A stretch of DNA of 64,000 bases, taken from IMG/VR virus record IMGVR_UViG_3300027969_004220, positions 32,001-96,000 of that record. The stretch is one strand, 5' to 3'. Below are positions 1-9,033 of the stretch, one piece after another (the stretch's first letter is position 1; every line of letters begins with the position of its first letter). Source of the DNA: a virus (lineage: Duplodnaviria > Caudoviricetes). The position numbers and the translations under genes are program-made. The notes beneath the pieces were generated by a model. That model did not search any database. It saw only the letters and a program-made list of their open reading frames with translations, and was not told where the DNA came from.

Positions 1-2854
1 TACTTGATGCAGGTGCAGTCATTATTGTACTAAGATCTTTAAAACCTGCACCAAAATTTGTTCCTAATGTAACTGATGTAACTGAACCACCAGAAACAAC
101 AATTTGAACTCCCGTAGGATATGATATTGCAGTAGAACCACTTAAATATGTTAAACTAACATTTGGATAGATTCCATCTACATATCCACTACCTCCTGTT
201 ACTTTACCCAATCCATTAACAATTTGACTACCAACAAAACCTGATCCTAAAGTAGATGTAGTATTGTACATTGACTGATATCCAACTGCAGAATTATAAC
301 CACCAGTTGTATTTGAGTATAATGAATTAGAACCAATTGTAGTATTATAAGTACCAGTTGTATTATAATACATTGATTGGTAACCAATTGAATTATTACT
401 ACCACCACTTGTATTACTAAATAATGATTGATATCCAAGTGCGGTATTACCAGAGCCAGTTGTTATATAACTTAATTTTACTGAGAAAGTTACTCCAGTT
501 CCTAAATTGGCACCCATAATAGTTGTAACATCTTTAAAACCACTACCAGAGCTAACTAGTGTAACAGTACTTACAGAACTAGTTGAACCAACATAAACAG
601 TTACTATTGGATAAATATTTGCGGTACTACCAGATATATATGATAATTGAACATTTGAAAATGTACTACTTGCTGTATATCCAGAACCACCATCAGTTAT
701 TATTAGGGCTGAAGTAACTGCAGTATTATTATATAATGATGAAACCCCAAATGCAGAGTTACCATCACCAGTTGTATTATTATATAATGACTGATATCCA
801 ACTGCAGAATTATAACCACCAGTTGTATTTGAGTATAATGAATTAGAACCAATTGCAGTATTATTTGTACCGGTTGATACTAATAAAGCATTTAATCCAT
901 ATAAAGTATTTGAACCTCTTGCATCATTATAAACACTTCCATTTGGTGCAACTACTAATGAAGTAACTAAACTTGATCCAGTTGTTGCTCTTGTTGAAAA
1001 TTTAATTCCACCAGTAGAAACTGAATTATTACCAGTTATTGCATATCCAGTTATTAGTGCATATCTATGTCCAACATTATAAGGTTGTGATGCACCTGGT
1101 TGTCCATTTTGTGAGAATGATATTTCAGATATAGAATCAAATGTTCCAGTATCACCATTATACAAATCTAACATAACATTACTACCAATTGTAGTTGATG
1201 ATGTACTTGATTGTATAAATAATTTAACACCAATGATTGATTGTGTTGAACCAATATTTACATAGCCTCCTAATGTATTAAACATGACTTCACCATCAGT
1301 AACCTCAATAGATCTAAATTTATTTAGATCATTTGTCAATGTTGGTTTAATATAAATACCTCTATCTATACCTGATGCAGTACCTGTTTTATTTATAGTA
1401 GGACTTAATTCAATCATTCTTAATTGATTATTAGAAGAACTAGCACCAATTGTATATTCTTGTAACATAATTTTTTGAGTTACATTAGAATAACCTAATG
1501 GAAGAGTAGAATATATTGGATCAAACTTAAATGCAGTACCAGTACTATATGCTTTGAATATTATACTATTATTACCATCATACATACCAGTAGCACCATC
1601 ATAAAATACATATCGACCACCAGATTGTGATGTAATATAACTACCATTTGTGTGTACTGCAAAACCAAAACTACCTACATTTATGTCAAGTCTTGCATTA
1701 AAAGCAGAAGAAAATGTTGGTCCTATTGATACTTTACCAGAATCCTCAACTAAGAATATACTTGCACTATTACTCCAAGTTGCACCAGTTCCAACAACTT
1801 TCATAATACTTGCTGTAGTACCTTTAACAAATAATGTACTTTGTTGAGTGTTAACAAATGGACTGAATCCTGCAAAAGTATAGTTTGAACCAATCCATAA
1901 GTTTCCTATAGTACCCATTGGGTTTTGAAACTCTATTGCATTTCCCCATAAGTTTGTTATTTGATAACCATTAAATTTCCATCCATATCTAAACAATGTA
2001 TCTGTACCTATAACAATTTCAGCACCACCAGGTGAGTATATAGCAGTTTTACTACCAAAAGTAATAGAACCAGTAGGTATCGGAAAGTAAGAAGCAGAAA
2101 ATGTTGCACCTATTACTCTTGTATCACCACTAAATATACTATCACCTTGTTCATTTACAACTAGTGATAATGTACCACCAGTTGACGAAACTGAAAATCT
2201 ACTACTTGATGTAACCCCAGTACCAACTGATAAAGCACCAGTTCTTACGTTTGAATATGTTCCTATAGAAACATTACCTAAAGTAGTCGAACTACTAGTA
2301 GTTGAGAAAAACGAAAACTCACTTGAAGATTCATCCCATATAAAAGCTTGTGTAGCACCAGTACCTCTATTTATAAATAAACCAGAATCCATTGTCGGTG
2401 TTCCTAATTGATCACCGGCCAATAACATTATTGGGTCTTTAACAATTAAGTTTTCTGAATTTACTGTTGATGTTGTTCCAATAATCAATAGATTACCATT
2501 GATAGTAATAGTATCACCATCATCAGTTATTATACTATCACCTAATATAGACTGACCAAGCCATTTAGTAACACTATTGGTTGTACCAGATCCAGAAAAT
2601 CCACTACTTATAGGTGTCCAACTAGTAGTAACTGTAGAATCGTTTCCAGATAAATAATAAAGCTTGTTAGTATTTGTAACTAATAAAGTACTATAATTCT
2701 GTTTTAACTTTTCTGGTATACCATCAAATGCATTATATAAATCGATATTACTAAAATTAGCAATAATTCTTAATCCGCCTTTAACATCTGTAACATCAGC
2801 AATTGGATAGTTTGGGTTATTGTGTCCTAGTATGTCACCAAATTGAATACTCAT
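1..2854 (-). CDS. Long tail fibre/adhesin-like structural protein, 3' end runs off the window start
   Basis: Missing from the ORF track (no stop in window). ATG at 2854 gives MSIQFGDILGHNNPNYPIADV; the same frame is open at the window start. Gly/Ser/Thr-rich, with trimeric-adhesin-like repeats (NTAIGSNSLYSNTTGGYNSAVGYQS) and a duplicated module ending G(S/A)GFKD..TIM. Confidence 0.7.
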   Translation of the reverse strand, partial: MSIQFGDILGHNNPNYPIADVTDVKGGLRIIANFSNIDLYNAFDGIPEKLKQNYSTLLVTNTNKLYYLSGNDSTVTTSWTPISSGFSGSGTTNSVTKWLGQSILGDSIITDDGDTITINGNLLIIGTTSTVNSENLIVKDPIMLLAGDQLGTPTMDSGLFINRGTGATQAFIWDESSSEFSFFSTTSSSTTLGNVSIGTYSNVRTGALSVGTGVTSSSRFSVSSTGGTLSLVVNEQGDSIFSGDTRVIGATFSASYFPIPTGSITFGSKTAIYSPGGAEIVIGTDTLFRYGWKFNGYQITNLWGNAIEFQNPMGTIGNLWIGSNYTFAGFSPFVNTQQSTLFVKGTTASIMKVVGTGATWSNSASIFLVEDSGKVSIGPTFSSAFNARLDINVGSFGFAVHTNGSYITSQSGGRYVFYDGATGMYDGNNSIIFKAYSTGTAFKFDPIYSTLPLGYSNVTQKIMLQEYTIGASSSNNQLRMIELSPTINKTGTASGIDRGIYIKPTLTNDLNKFRSIEVTDGEVMFNTLGGYVNIGSTQSIIGVKLFIQSSTSSTTIGSNVMLDLYNGDTGTFDSISEISFSQNGQPGASQPYNVGHRYALITGYAITGNNSVSTGGIKFSTRATTGSSLVTSLVVAPNGSVYNDARGSNTLYGLNALLVSTGTNNTAIGSNSLYSNTTGGYNSAVGYQSLYNNTTGDGNSAFGVSSLYNNTAVTSALIITDGGSGYTASSTFSNVQLSYISGSTANIYPIVTVYVGSTSSVSTVTLVSSGSGFKDVTTIMGANLGTGVTFSVKLSYITTGSGNTALGYQSLFSNTSGGSNNSIGYQSMYYNTTGTYNTTIGSNSLYSNTTGGYNSAVGYQSMYNTTSTLGSGFVGSQIVNGLGKVTGGSGYVDGIYPNVSLTYLSGSTAISYPTGVQIVVSGGSVTSVTLGTNFGAGFKDLSTIMTAPASS

Positions 2855-2877
2855 TTATTTTTATTTATTTTTGAATT

Positions 2878-5622
2878 TTATAATGTTGTTATTGTTACTG
2901 TTGTTCCATTACCATAACTATTATCAGCAACTGCAATATATACAGTATATGATACTAATGCACCACTTATTGTCGTAATTGATAGTGCAGAAGTTCTTTT
3001 TATAAATGCGGTTAGTGTACTTGATACGGTTGGTGGTGGAATCGATTCTGGATAAGGAGTTACTGTTAAAGATGAAAGATCTCCTAATGAAGAAGGATAA
3101 GCAAATACCAATCTTGAACCAGCACCCCCATCATTGGAAGCAAATTTTTGTGCCTTAGTACCAAATTTATAATTTCCAAGTCCTTCCACAATACTTTGAA
3201 GAGTAACTGAATCATATGTATCAACATCTGTTTGAGTAAGACTTATCGAAGCTGATCCAATATTTGCATATCCATAGTAAAATACATTACTAAATGCTAA
3301 TGATGCACTAACTGGTGTACTATCACTTCCAGTTGCCGCAATTACTTGCGAACCAGATACAATTAAACCAGTTTTTGGTTTTGATATTGTTGTAGTATAA
3401 GTAGTACCACTAGATAATCCAGTAGTAGATAAAGTTGCACTAACTTTTGGATATGAACCTGAACTAAATGTATATGATCCAGTTACTGTAGATGGGGTTG
3501 AAAATCCAGTAGTTGCTGCAGGAATACTACTTGTTCCAGTATATTTAACTATACATCCATTAGGCACTGTTACTGAATTCGATGTACTAAATGTACCTAC
3601 TGAAAACGTAGCCATACTTGTTCCAGTACCTTTTATTACAGTCGGTCCAAATAGTGTAGTACCATCAGACTCATATATCTCCCATCTAGAAACAATTGTT
3701 GGAGTAACTAATGCAGTTGCAGCTAAGTCTATTTCAACTTGTTGATTATTTAACTTACCAACTAATCTAGCGGGGTTTTGTTGAGGTAAATCACCTTGAA
3801 AAACCAAATTATATTCAGATAAAAGTAATATTAAGGTTCTATCATATAAATAATTATCAAATACTAAGTTGTATTGTATTGAACTTGTATTAGTATTCAA
3901 ATTATATTGACCCGATAAATTATTCATTGTTATATTAGTTTGTGAAATTCCTCTAAAGTTGATATTTTCATTATAAGAATTCACTATATTTTGACTACCA
4001 ATTCCCTTACCATTAGCAGTATTGTATACATTACCCCATTGAAATGCTTTTATTGGATTATATAATCCAATATCATCTATCCAATAACTAATATTTTGTG
4101 TATTAGTACTTACTATATTTGTACCTCTCTCACTTCTATAAATTATTTTATTAGTAAATCTATCATACTTAATTTCATCATAACTAATATTATAGTTTGG
4201 AGTCGTATAAGAAAGAAGTGTCCATTCTGATAAGGCTAATGAAAAATTATCAAGTGATGCTAATGTATTAACTCCAGAGATATTACTCCAAGCTCTACCA
4301 CCCCAATAAACAACAGAACCGGTTGCGTAGGATGATGAAGGACCCGCCCATATTTTATATCCGGCAACTGTTTGATCATATTTAGGATTATAGAATTTAC
4401 CTTCTCCAACATCATTTAATATTCCTTGTGAATTTGTTGTTAGGTATATTTCTGTACCACCATATAAATCAATATCAGCATCTGTTATTCTATAAGTACT
4501 AGATGATGACAATGTTGACAATCCAGCAAATGCTGTAGCAGTTATAGTAATAACCGGTGTTCCAACTCCAGAAGACCAGCTAAGATTACCAACACCATCT
4601 GTTTTTATAACTTGCCCAGAAGTTCCATCTGATAAAGGTAGTTTATATTGATTATTAATGTCTACTTTACCACCTAAATAAACCGTATCTGCACTATCAA
4701 CTATTAAATCTTGACCACCAATAACAACTGTATTAGATAAACCAGGATCAACTGCTGCTCTAGAAGATGATATAAAAGTAATGTTAGTATTTTCAGTTCG
4801 TGTAGTAAATCCATTATCAATATCAGTAATAAAAATTCCACTATAATCACTCACCAGAGTATTCTTTGAATTTAATAAACCAATAATATTTCCAATTGAT
4901 GTTAAGTAAGTTTCATTATTACCGTTAAATTTTAACTGACCATCTCCACTTATTCCTTTTACATAACCACCATCTTTTATTATTAAATTAGGTGCATAAA
5001 CAGAGTTTGATTGTGTTCCAACAATCTGAGAACCACCAATAATAACACTATTATTAACGGTATTTGAAAATCTTGAACCATCTGATGATATAAATGCAGG
5101 AACTCTATTACCACTTGTTCTCACAGTGGTTGCTGTTGTAAACTCTAAAACATTTGTTACTCCTAATTTTAAATAAGAGTTGTTATTTTGTAATAAAAAT
5201 TGATTTGCACCATAACTTAAACTAATATAAGATGTATTCATTATTACAGATGAACTTAAACCAGTTAGTTGAATAGTATTATCATCCATAGTTAAAGTAG
5301 AACCTGTTATTGAAGATGATAATTGTACATAATTACCATAACTACCATTATTATCTAATCTTAAACTGGCTGATCCACCATTAGATCTTAGACGAGTATT
5401 TAGATCTAAGTATATAGAATTCGTACCGGTTGTTTTACCAATAGATAATGTTTGTGCAAGTGAACCTATTCCACCACCTGATCCAATTGGTGTAATAACA
5501 CCTAAATGATCTTTTTGTGTTAAAACTCCTAATGTATCATATCCAACTACGAATCCACCAATTGAAGAAGGTGTTGCCACAGTTATCATATTTACTCTAC
5601 TCTCAAAAAGAACTAATGCCAT
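2878..5622 (-). CDS. Large virion structural protein (tail fibre/baseplate-associated)
   Basis: 914 aa, Ser/Thr/Gly-rich, LPLSDGTSGQVIKTDGVGNLSW fibre-like motif; co-oriented with the fibre gene. Confidence 0.6.
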   Translation of the reverse strand: MALVLFESRVNMITVATPSSIGGFVVGYDTLGVLTQKDHLGVITPIGSGGGIGSLAQTLSIGKTTGTNSIYLDLNTRLRSNGGSASLRLDNNGSYGNYVQLSSSITGSTLTMDDNTIQLTGLSSSVIMNTSYISLSYGANQFLLQNNNSYLKLGVTNVLEFTTATTVRTSGNRVPAFISSDGSRFSNTVNNSVIIGGSQIVGTQSNSVYAPNLIIKDGGYVKGISGDGQLKFNGNNETYLTSIGNIIGLLNSKNTLVSDYSGIFITDIDNGFTTRTENTNITFISSSRAAVDPGLSNTVVIGGQDLIVDSADTVYLGGKVDINNQYKLPLSDGTSGQVIKTDGVGNLSWSSGVGTPVITITATAFAGLSTLSSSSTYRITDADIDLYGGTEIYLTTNSQGILNDVGEGKFYNPKYDQTVAGYKIWAGPSSSYATGSVVYWGGRAWSNISGVNTLASLDNFSLALSEWTLLSYTTPNYNISYDEIKYDRFTNKIIYRSERGTNIVSTNTQNISYWIDDIGLYNPIKAFQWGNVYNTANGKGIGSQNIVNSYNENINFRGISQTNITMNNLSGQYNLNTNTSSIQYNLVFDNYLYDRTLILLLSEYNLVFQGDLPQQNPARLVGKLNNQQVEIDLAATALVTPTIVSRWEIYESDGTTLFGPTVIKGTGTSMATFSVGTFSTSNSVTVPNGCIVKYTGTSSIPAATTGFSTPSTVTGSYTFSSGSYPKVSATLSTTGLSSGTTYTTTISKPKTGLIVSGSQVIAATGSDSTPVSASLAFSNVFYYGYANIGSASISLTQTDVDTYDSVTLQSIVEGLGNYKFGTKAQKFASNDGGAGSRLVFAYPSSLGDLSSLTVTPYPESIPPPTVSSTLTAFIKRTSALSITTISGALVSYTVYIAVADNSYGNGTTVTITTL

Positions 5623-5639
5623 AATTTTATATAAAATAT

Positions 5640-5670
5640 TTTGTACCTTATATATTATTTTTTATATTTG
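5640..5670 (+). promoter_or_regulatory. Bacteroidota housekeeping-sigma-type promoter (representative of about 17 copies)
   Basis: TTTG(5640)-N19-TATATTTG(5663). TAnnTTTG boxes also at 6850, 7176, 10822, 12532, 14856, 15931, 17220, 25453, 25562, 26741, 28691, 32178, 35284, 35465, 41022 and 41963, each just upstream of a + strand gene or array. Confidence 0.8.
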
Positions 5671-5689
5671 TAAATTAAAGGAAAGCAAC

Positions 5690-6193
5690 ATGATTATTAC
5701 TAAAGGTGAAATAAGTGAGAAGAAAAATAAATCTAAGATATTTAGATTTGAAAATGAAGAGTATGAAAAGGAACATTATAGTAAATTTGACTTACATCAA
5801 ACTAAAATAAAAACAGGTAAATTCTTTTTGTATGAGTCTGTTACTGGAAGAGGTCAATCAGTTTTGACTTATCCTAAGTTGGGAGTTTTCATAGATACTT
5901 ATCTGGTAGATCAAGCTTTAGAAGTTGAATGGATTGATACTCGAAGAACTTGGGAGTATAAAGTTGAATATGAATATGATTATAATGGTAAAATATACAC
6001 TAATCTTGTCGCTGAAGATAAATCTGAATTAAAAAGTTTAATTCTATGGGATGATGTAATGTATGTTTATGGAATTTGGGATATAAAACCGGATTGGAAA
6101 CAATTAAGACAAGCATATGAAAGAACTTTATGGTTCAAAAAAACAAAATCTGAACTGAGAAATTCTCAAATAAATAGAATACTAAATGGATAA
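5690..6193 (+). CDS. Hypothetical protein with C-terminal RxxxIxxIL tag
   Basis: 167 aa ORF after promoter; ends LRNSQINRILNG. Confidence 0.7.
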   Translation: MIITKGEISEKKNKSKIFRFENEEYEKEHYSKFDLHQTKIKTGKFFLYESVTGRGQSVLTYPKLGVFIDTYLVDQALEVEWIDTRRTWEYKVEYEYDYNGKIYTNLVAEDKSELKSLILWDDVMYVYGIWDIKPDWKQLRQAYERTLWFKKTKSELRNSQINRILNG

Positions 6194-6452
6194 ACAACAA
6201 ATAATCGACCTAGTAATTACAATGAAAAGTGATGCAGTTAAACTTCAAATATTTGACGCAGCGAGTGCTCTAAGAAGTATTGAGAATACTTTTAAAGGTC
6301 AGTTTGTATTTCCAGAAGAACAAAAAGAAGTCACTGTTGAAAATTTTATATCATTACTAAATCATTATATCCAAAGAACCCAGGATGAAGAAACCAAATC
6401 TTATCTAAAATCTATTTTAAGAGATTTCAAGATAAATTTAGTATCTAGGTAA
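6186..6452 (+). CDS. Hypothetical protein
   Basis: 88 aa, overlaps the previous stop; ends LRDFKINLVSR. Confidence 0.65.
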   Translation: MDKQQIIDLVITMKSDAVKLQIFDAASALRSIENTFKGQFVFPEEQKEVTVENFISLLNHYIQRTQDEETKSYLKSILRDFKINLVSR

Positions 6453-6806
6453 TTGCATATCAGTTGTAATCTCAATCTTAAATCCAAATCCAGAATCATC
6501 ATCTGATGTATATCTAACTTCTGAGTCATATCCTCTATCACCGCTAAATGTCATTGGTTTTGGACCAGTCATTTGTTGTTGTCTTCTCATTTGATTATTT
6601 CTTTCTTCTGATTCTTGTTGAGCAATCATTTCTTCAAATGTTAAACCCGGTGGAGTCGGAGGAGTTGGATCATCTTGACGAGTTGTAAATTGTTCTGGTT
6701 GATGTCCATATTTACGAAGTAGTTGTTCTGCTTCCCAACTTGGAATATTTGCTGGTCTAGTTTCCTCTGATTGAGGTTCGATCATTGTTACTTGAGTTCT
6801 TTCCAT
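6438..6806 (-). CDS. Hypothetical protein
   Basis: 122 aa; WATATATA motif upstream at 6830. Confidence 0.65.
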   Translation of the reverse strand: MERTQVTMIEPQSEETRPANIPSWEAEQLLRKYGHQPEQFTTRQDDPTPPTPPGLTFEEMIAQQESEERNNQMRRQQQMTGPKPMTFSGDRGYDSEVRYTSDDDSGFGFKIEITTDMQLPRY

Positions 6807-6934
6807 AACTTTTTATTTATTTTATAAGGTATATATAAAAAATTGTCACTATATTTGTACTCAGAAAGAAAAAAAGTTCAAAAATATGAAAAGGAAGAAA
6901 AACTTTTTAATATATAGAACTATAAAACATATAT

Positions 6935-7005
6935 CGCGTTAAAGTGTAAAGGTTGCATGAGACTCTCATAAGGTCTACGGGGTGGTTCGAATCCACGATA
7001 CGCTA
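6935..7005 (+). tRNA. tRNA-Met(CAT)-like, degenerate acceptor stem
   Basis: Anticodon arm AGACT-CTCATAA-GGTCT, T-arm GTGG-TTCGAAT-CCAC; three acceptor mismatches. Confidence 0.55.
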
Positions 7006-7051
7006 CAAAAGAGATAGATAACGATTTAGATACAAGTCTCAAAGAATATAT

Positions 7052-7124
7052 CGCGGGATAGAGCAGTAGGCAGCTCGTGTGGCTCATAACCATAAGGTCG
7101 GAGGTTCGAGTCCTTCTCCCGCTA
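7052..7124 (+). tRNA. tRNA-fMet(CAT)
   Basis: CGCGGGA...TCCCGCTA with unpaired C1, loop CTCATAA, GGTTCGAGTCC. Confidence 0.9.
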
Positions 7125-7152
7125 CTAAAAGAATAAAAAAAGTTAAAAAAGA

Positions 7153-7183
7153 TTTGGTGAATTAAAAACTTATCGTATCTTTG
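7153..7183 (+). promoter_or_regulatory. Host-type promoter of attenuated tRNA array 1
   Basis: TTTG-N19-TATCTTTG. Confidence 0.8.
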
Positions 7184-7221
7184 TAGAAGAATTAAAAACA
7201 ACAATTTAAAAAATAGAAAAA

Positions 7222-7323
7222 ATGACAACAATTACTAACATAACAATAGCTATCGAAGCCATAGGCGGGTATGAAGCGGGGTATACAATACCATCGGTCA
7301 GAAGCGTTATGTGTATAAAGTAA
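7222..7323 (+). CDS. Attenuator leader peptide 1 (Ile/Ala/Glu/Gly/Tyr sensor)
   Basis: MTTITNITIAIEAIGGYEAGYTIPSVRSVMCIK*; codons 9-21 are all I/A/E/G/Y; five ATA codons. Confidence 0.8.
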   Translation: MTTITNITIAIEAIGGYEAGYTIPSVRSVMCIK

Positions 7324-7350
7324 TGAGTTGAAAAAACATTATTATACAAC

Positions 7351-7388
7351 AAACCCAATCTGACGTAAAAATCAGATTGGGTTTTTTT
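7351..7388 (+). terminator. Attenuator terminator 1
   Basis: AAACCCAATCTGA/TCAGATTGGGTTT stem plus T7; its 5' arm TCTGAC can instead pair with leader GTCAGA (7297-7302). Confidence 0.85.
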
Positions 7389-7402
7389 ATTGAATTATAT
7401 CT

Positions 7403-7488
7403 GGGTAGATATGCAAGTGGTTAAAGCTGGCAGACTGTAAATCTGTTCTCATTCGAGTTCGGGGGTTCGAATCCCTCTCTACCCACCA
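7403..7488 (+). tRNA. tRNA-Tyr(GTA)
   Basis: GCAGA-CTGTAAA-TCTGT, long variable arm, encoded CCA. Confidence 0.95.
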
Positions 7489-7494
7489 AAATAT

Positions 7495-7567
7495 GGTGTA
7501 TTCGTCTAGCGGTAAGGATTACGCTTTTTCAAAGCGGAGGACGTCGGTTCGAATCCGACATACACTA
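7495..7567 (+). tRNA. tRNA-Glu(TTC)
   Basis: ACGCT-TTTTCAA-AGCGG, GGTTCGAATCC. Confidence 0.9.
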
Positions 7568-7581
7568 CAAAAAACATAATC

Positions 7582-7649
7582 GGGATGGATTATGGTGATA
7601 GCCGGGTCTGTAAAACCCTAGCAGGAGAGTTCGAGTCTCTCGCATCCCA
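7582..7649 (+). tRNA. tRNA-Tyr(GTA)-like, atypical (short D region, no long variable arm)
   Basis: GGGT-CTGTAAA-ACCC, GAGAG-TTCGAGT-CTCTC, GGGATG/CATCCC. Confidence 0.6.
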
Positions 7650-7655
7650 CTGCAA

Positions 7656-7727
7656 GCTGCTATCGTCTAACGGTAGGACAACATCTTCTCAAGGTGTGAG
7701 ATACGGGTTCGACCCCCGTTAGCAGTA
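7656..7727 (+). tRNA. tRNA-Glu(CTC)
   Basis: ACATC-TTCTCAA-GGTGT. Confidence 0.9.
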
Positions 7728-7734
7728 CAAAAAT

Positions 7735-7957
7735 TGGGTTAACTTCCGGTGTAGGAACCGGCGTCCTCAGGTAAGGGAGGAAGCTAACAAAGCTAAGGAA
7801 AATGGTGGTAAACAAACCACAAGGTGCGAGACCCCTTTAGCCCACAAAGTAGATATTTGAGTGTAAGCAAGTACAATATCAGTCGTTAGGTTCTTACAGA
7901 CAGTGAACGATGGTCCGAATGTCATTATTCGGTGATGGATACCAGGCAACTCCATCA
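7735..7957 (+). ncRNA. Unidentified structured RNA(s) inside tRNA array 1
   Basis: GC-rich; closing helix TGGGTTAA/TTAGCCCA (7735-7844) encloses several hairpins, followed by a further hairpin series. Confidence 0.5.
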
Positions 7958-7962
7958 TATAT

Positions 7963-8034
7963 GATCCGGTCTTCTAATGGTCAGGAAGCAAGGTTTTCAT
8001 CCTTGTAATCAGGGTTCGATTCCCTGTCGGATTA
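7963..8034 (+). tRNA. tRNA-Glu(TTC)
   Basis: CAAGG-TTTTCAT-CCTTG. Confidence 0.9.
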
Positions 8035-8043
8035 CAAAAAAAC

Positions 8044-8118
8044 TGGTAAGTAGCTTAGACGGTAGAAGCATCTGTCTTATACACAGAAGATAGTCGGGTT
8101 CGATACCCACCTTACCAA
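8044..8118 (+). tRNA. tRNA-Ile(TAT)
   Basis: TCTGT-CTTATAC-ACAGA. Confidence 0.85.
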
Positions 8119-8125
8119 CAAAATC

Positions 8126-8199
8126 GCGGGAGTCGTATAATGGCTCGATTATGCTGGCTTTCCACGTCAGAGACGAGGGTTCGATTCCCTTCTCCCGCA
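8126..8199 (+). tRNA. tRNA-Gly(TCC)
   Basis: GCGGGAG/CTCCCGC, CTGGC-TTTCCAC-GTCAG. Confidence 0.9.
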
Positions 8200-8253
8200 C
8201 CGCAGACTTTTTTGACTTTTTTATTTTAATATATATAATAAAAAAGTCTGAAA

Positions 8254-8880
8254 ATGTCAAAAAATAAAATAAAGTATCACTTTTTGTATAAAACTACAAA
8301 TTTGATAAATAGTAAGTATTATTATGGAATGCATAGTACCTATAAACTAGATGATGGTTATTTAGGATCTGGTAAAATGTTAAGATACTCAATACGTAAA
8401 TATGGTAAAGAAAATTTTAACATCGAAATTATAGAATTTTTTCCTTCAAGAGAAGATTTAGTAAACGCTGAAATGAATTTGATTACAGAAGAAATGGTAG
8501 TTGATAACAAACTATGTATGAACCTTAAAAAAGGTGGTTTAGGTGGATTTACAAAAGAACAATCTCATAAAGGTGCATTAAGGATGTTAGATATAATATG
8601 GAGTGATAGTGATTTTATAACAAGACACAACGAAAGAAAAAGTAAGCTAATCAAAGAACTATATCTAAGTGGTAAAATAAAAAGATGTGACTGGACTGGT
8701 AGAAAACATAGTAAAGATACTATAGAGAAAATGACTTTATCTAAAAAAGGACAAGGATTAGGAGAATCTAATTCACAATTCGGAACTTGCTGGATAACAA
8801 AAGATGGAGAGAATAAAAAAATAACAAAAGAAAAATTAGAAGACTATTTGATGGATGGTTGGATAAATGGAAGAAAATAA
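8254..8880 (+). CDS. GIY-YIG (Seg-like) free-standing homing endonuclease with NUMOD3 motif
   Basis: FLYKTTNLINSKYYYGMH, YLGSG, GRKHSKDTIEKM; inserted between tRNAs. Confidence 0.85.
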   Translation: MSKNKIKYHFLYKTTNLINSKYYYGMHSTYKLDDGYLGSGKMLRYSIRKYGKENFNIEIIEFFPSREDLVNAEMNLITEEMVVDNKLCMNLKKGGLGGFTKEQSHKGALRMLDIIWSDSDFITRHNERKSKLIKELYLSGKIKRCDWTGRKHSKDTIEKMTLSKKGQGLGESNSQFGTCWITKDGENKKITKEKLEDYLMDGWINGRK

Positions 8881-8881
8881 T

Positions 8882-8953
8882 GCGAATGTAGCTCAGTGGT
8901 AGAGCTTCTGCTTGCCAAGTAGAAGGCCGCCGGTTCGACCCCGGTCATTCGCT
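8882..8953 (+). tRNA. tRNA-Gly(GCC)
   Basis: TCTGC-TTGCCAA-GTAGA. Confidence 0.92.
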
Positions 8954-9033
8954 CAGTATAAGTGGTTTAAGTTATAGAAATCTCTATATCTAAGACGTTA
9001 GATGAAAAATTTTTATACACCACTTTAATTATA

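Noticed and set aside
240-900. CRISPR-like or DGR-like repeats near the window start
   Set aside because: The repeated ~70-nt stretch encodes in-frame adhesin-type protein repeats; there is no spacer pattern and no reverse transcriptase in the window.
6886-6942. Possible leader ORF (MKRKKNFLIYRTIKHISR) before the Met tRNAs
   Set aside because: It runs into the tRNA, has no internal Met codons and is not followed by a terminator.
7184-7402. T-box riboswitch as the explanation for the leader regions
   Set aside because: No T-box consensus (AGGGTGGNACCGCG-like) or Stem I motifs; a translated-leader model fits the sequence better.
7770-7795. SRP (4.5S) RNA resemblance, TCAGGT..GGGAGGAAGC
   Set aside because: The apical stem required in SRP domain IV does not pair, and the surrounding fold is multibranched.
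6920-8260. Track ORFs overlapping tRNA arrays (also 25741-26300, 27004-27228, 28119-28491, 36315-36563)
   Set aside because: They are translations of tRNA sequence or its antisense (RTRT/GFEP/GSNP patterns), not genes.
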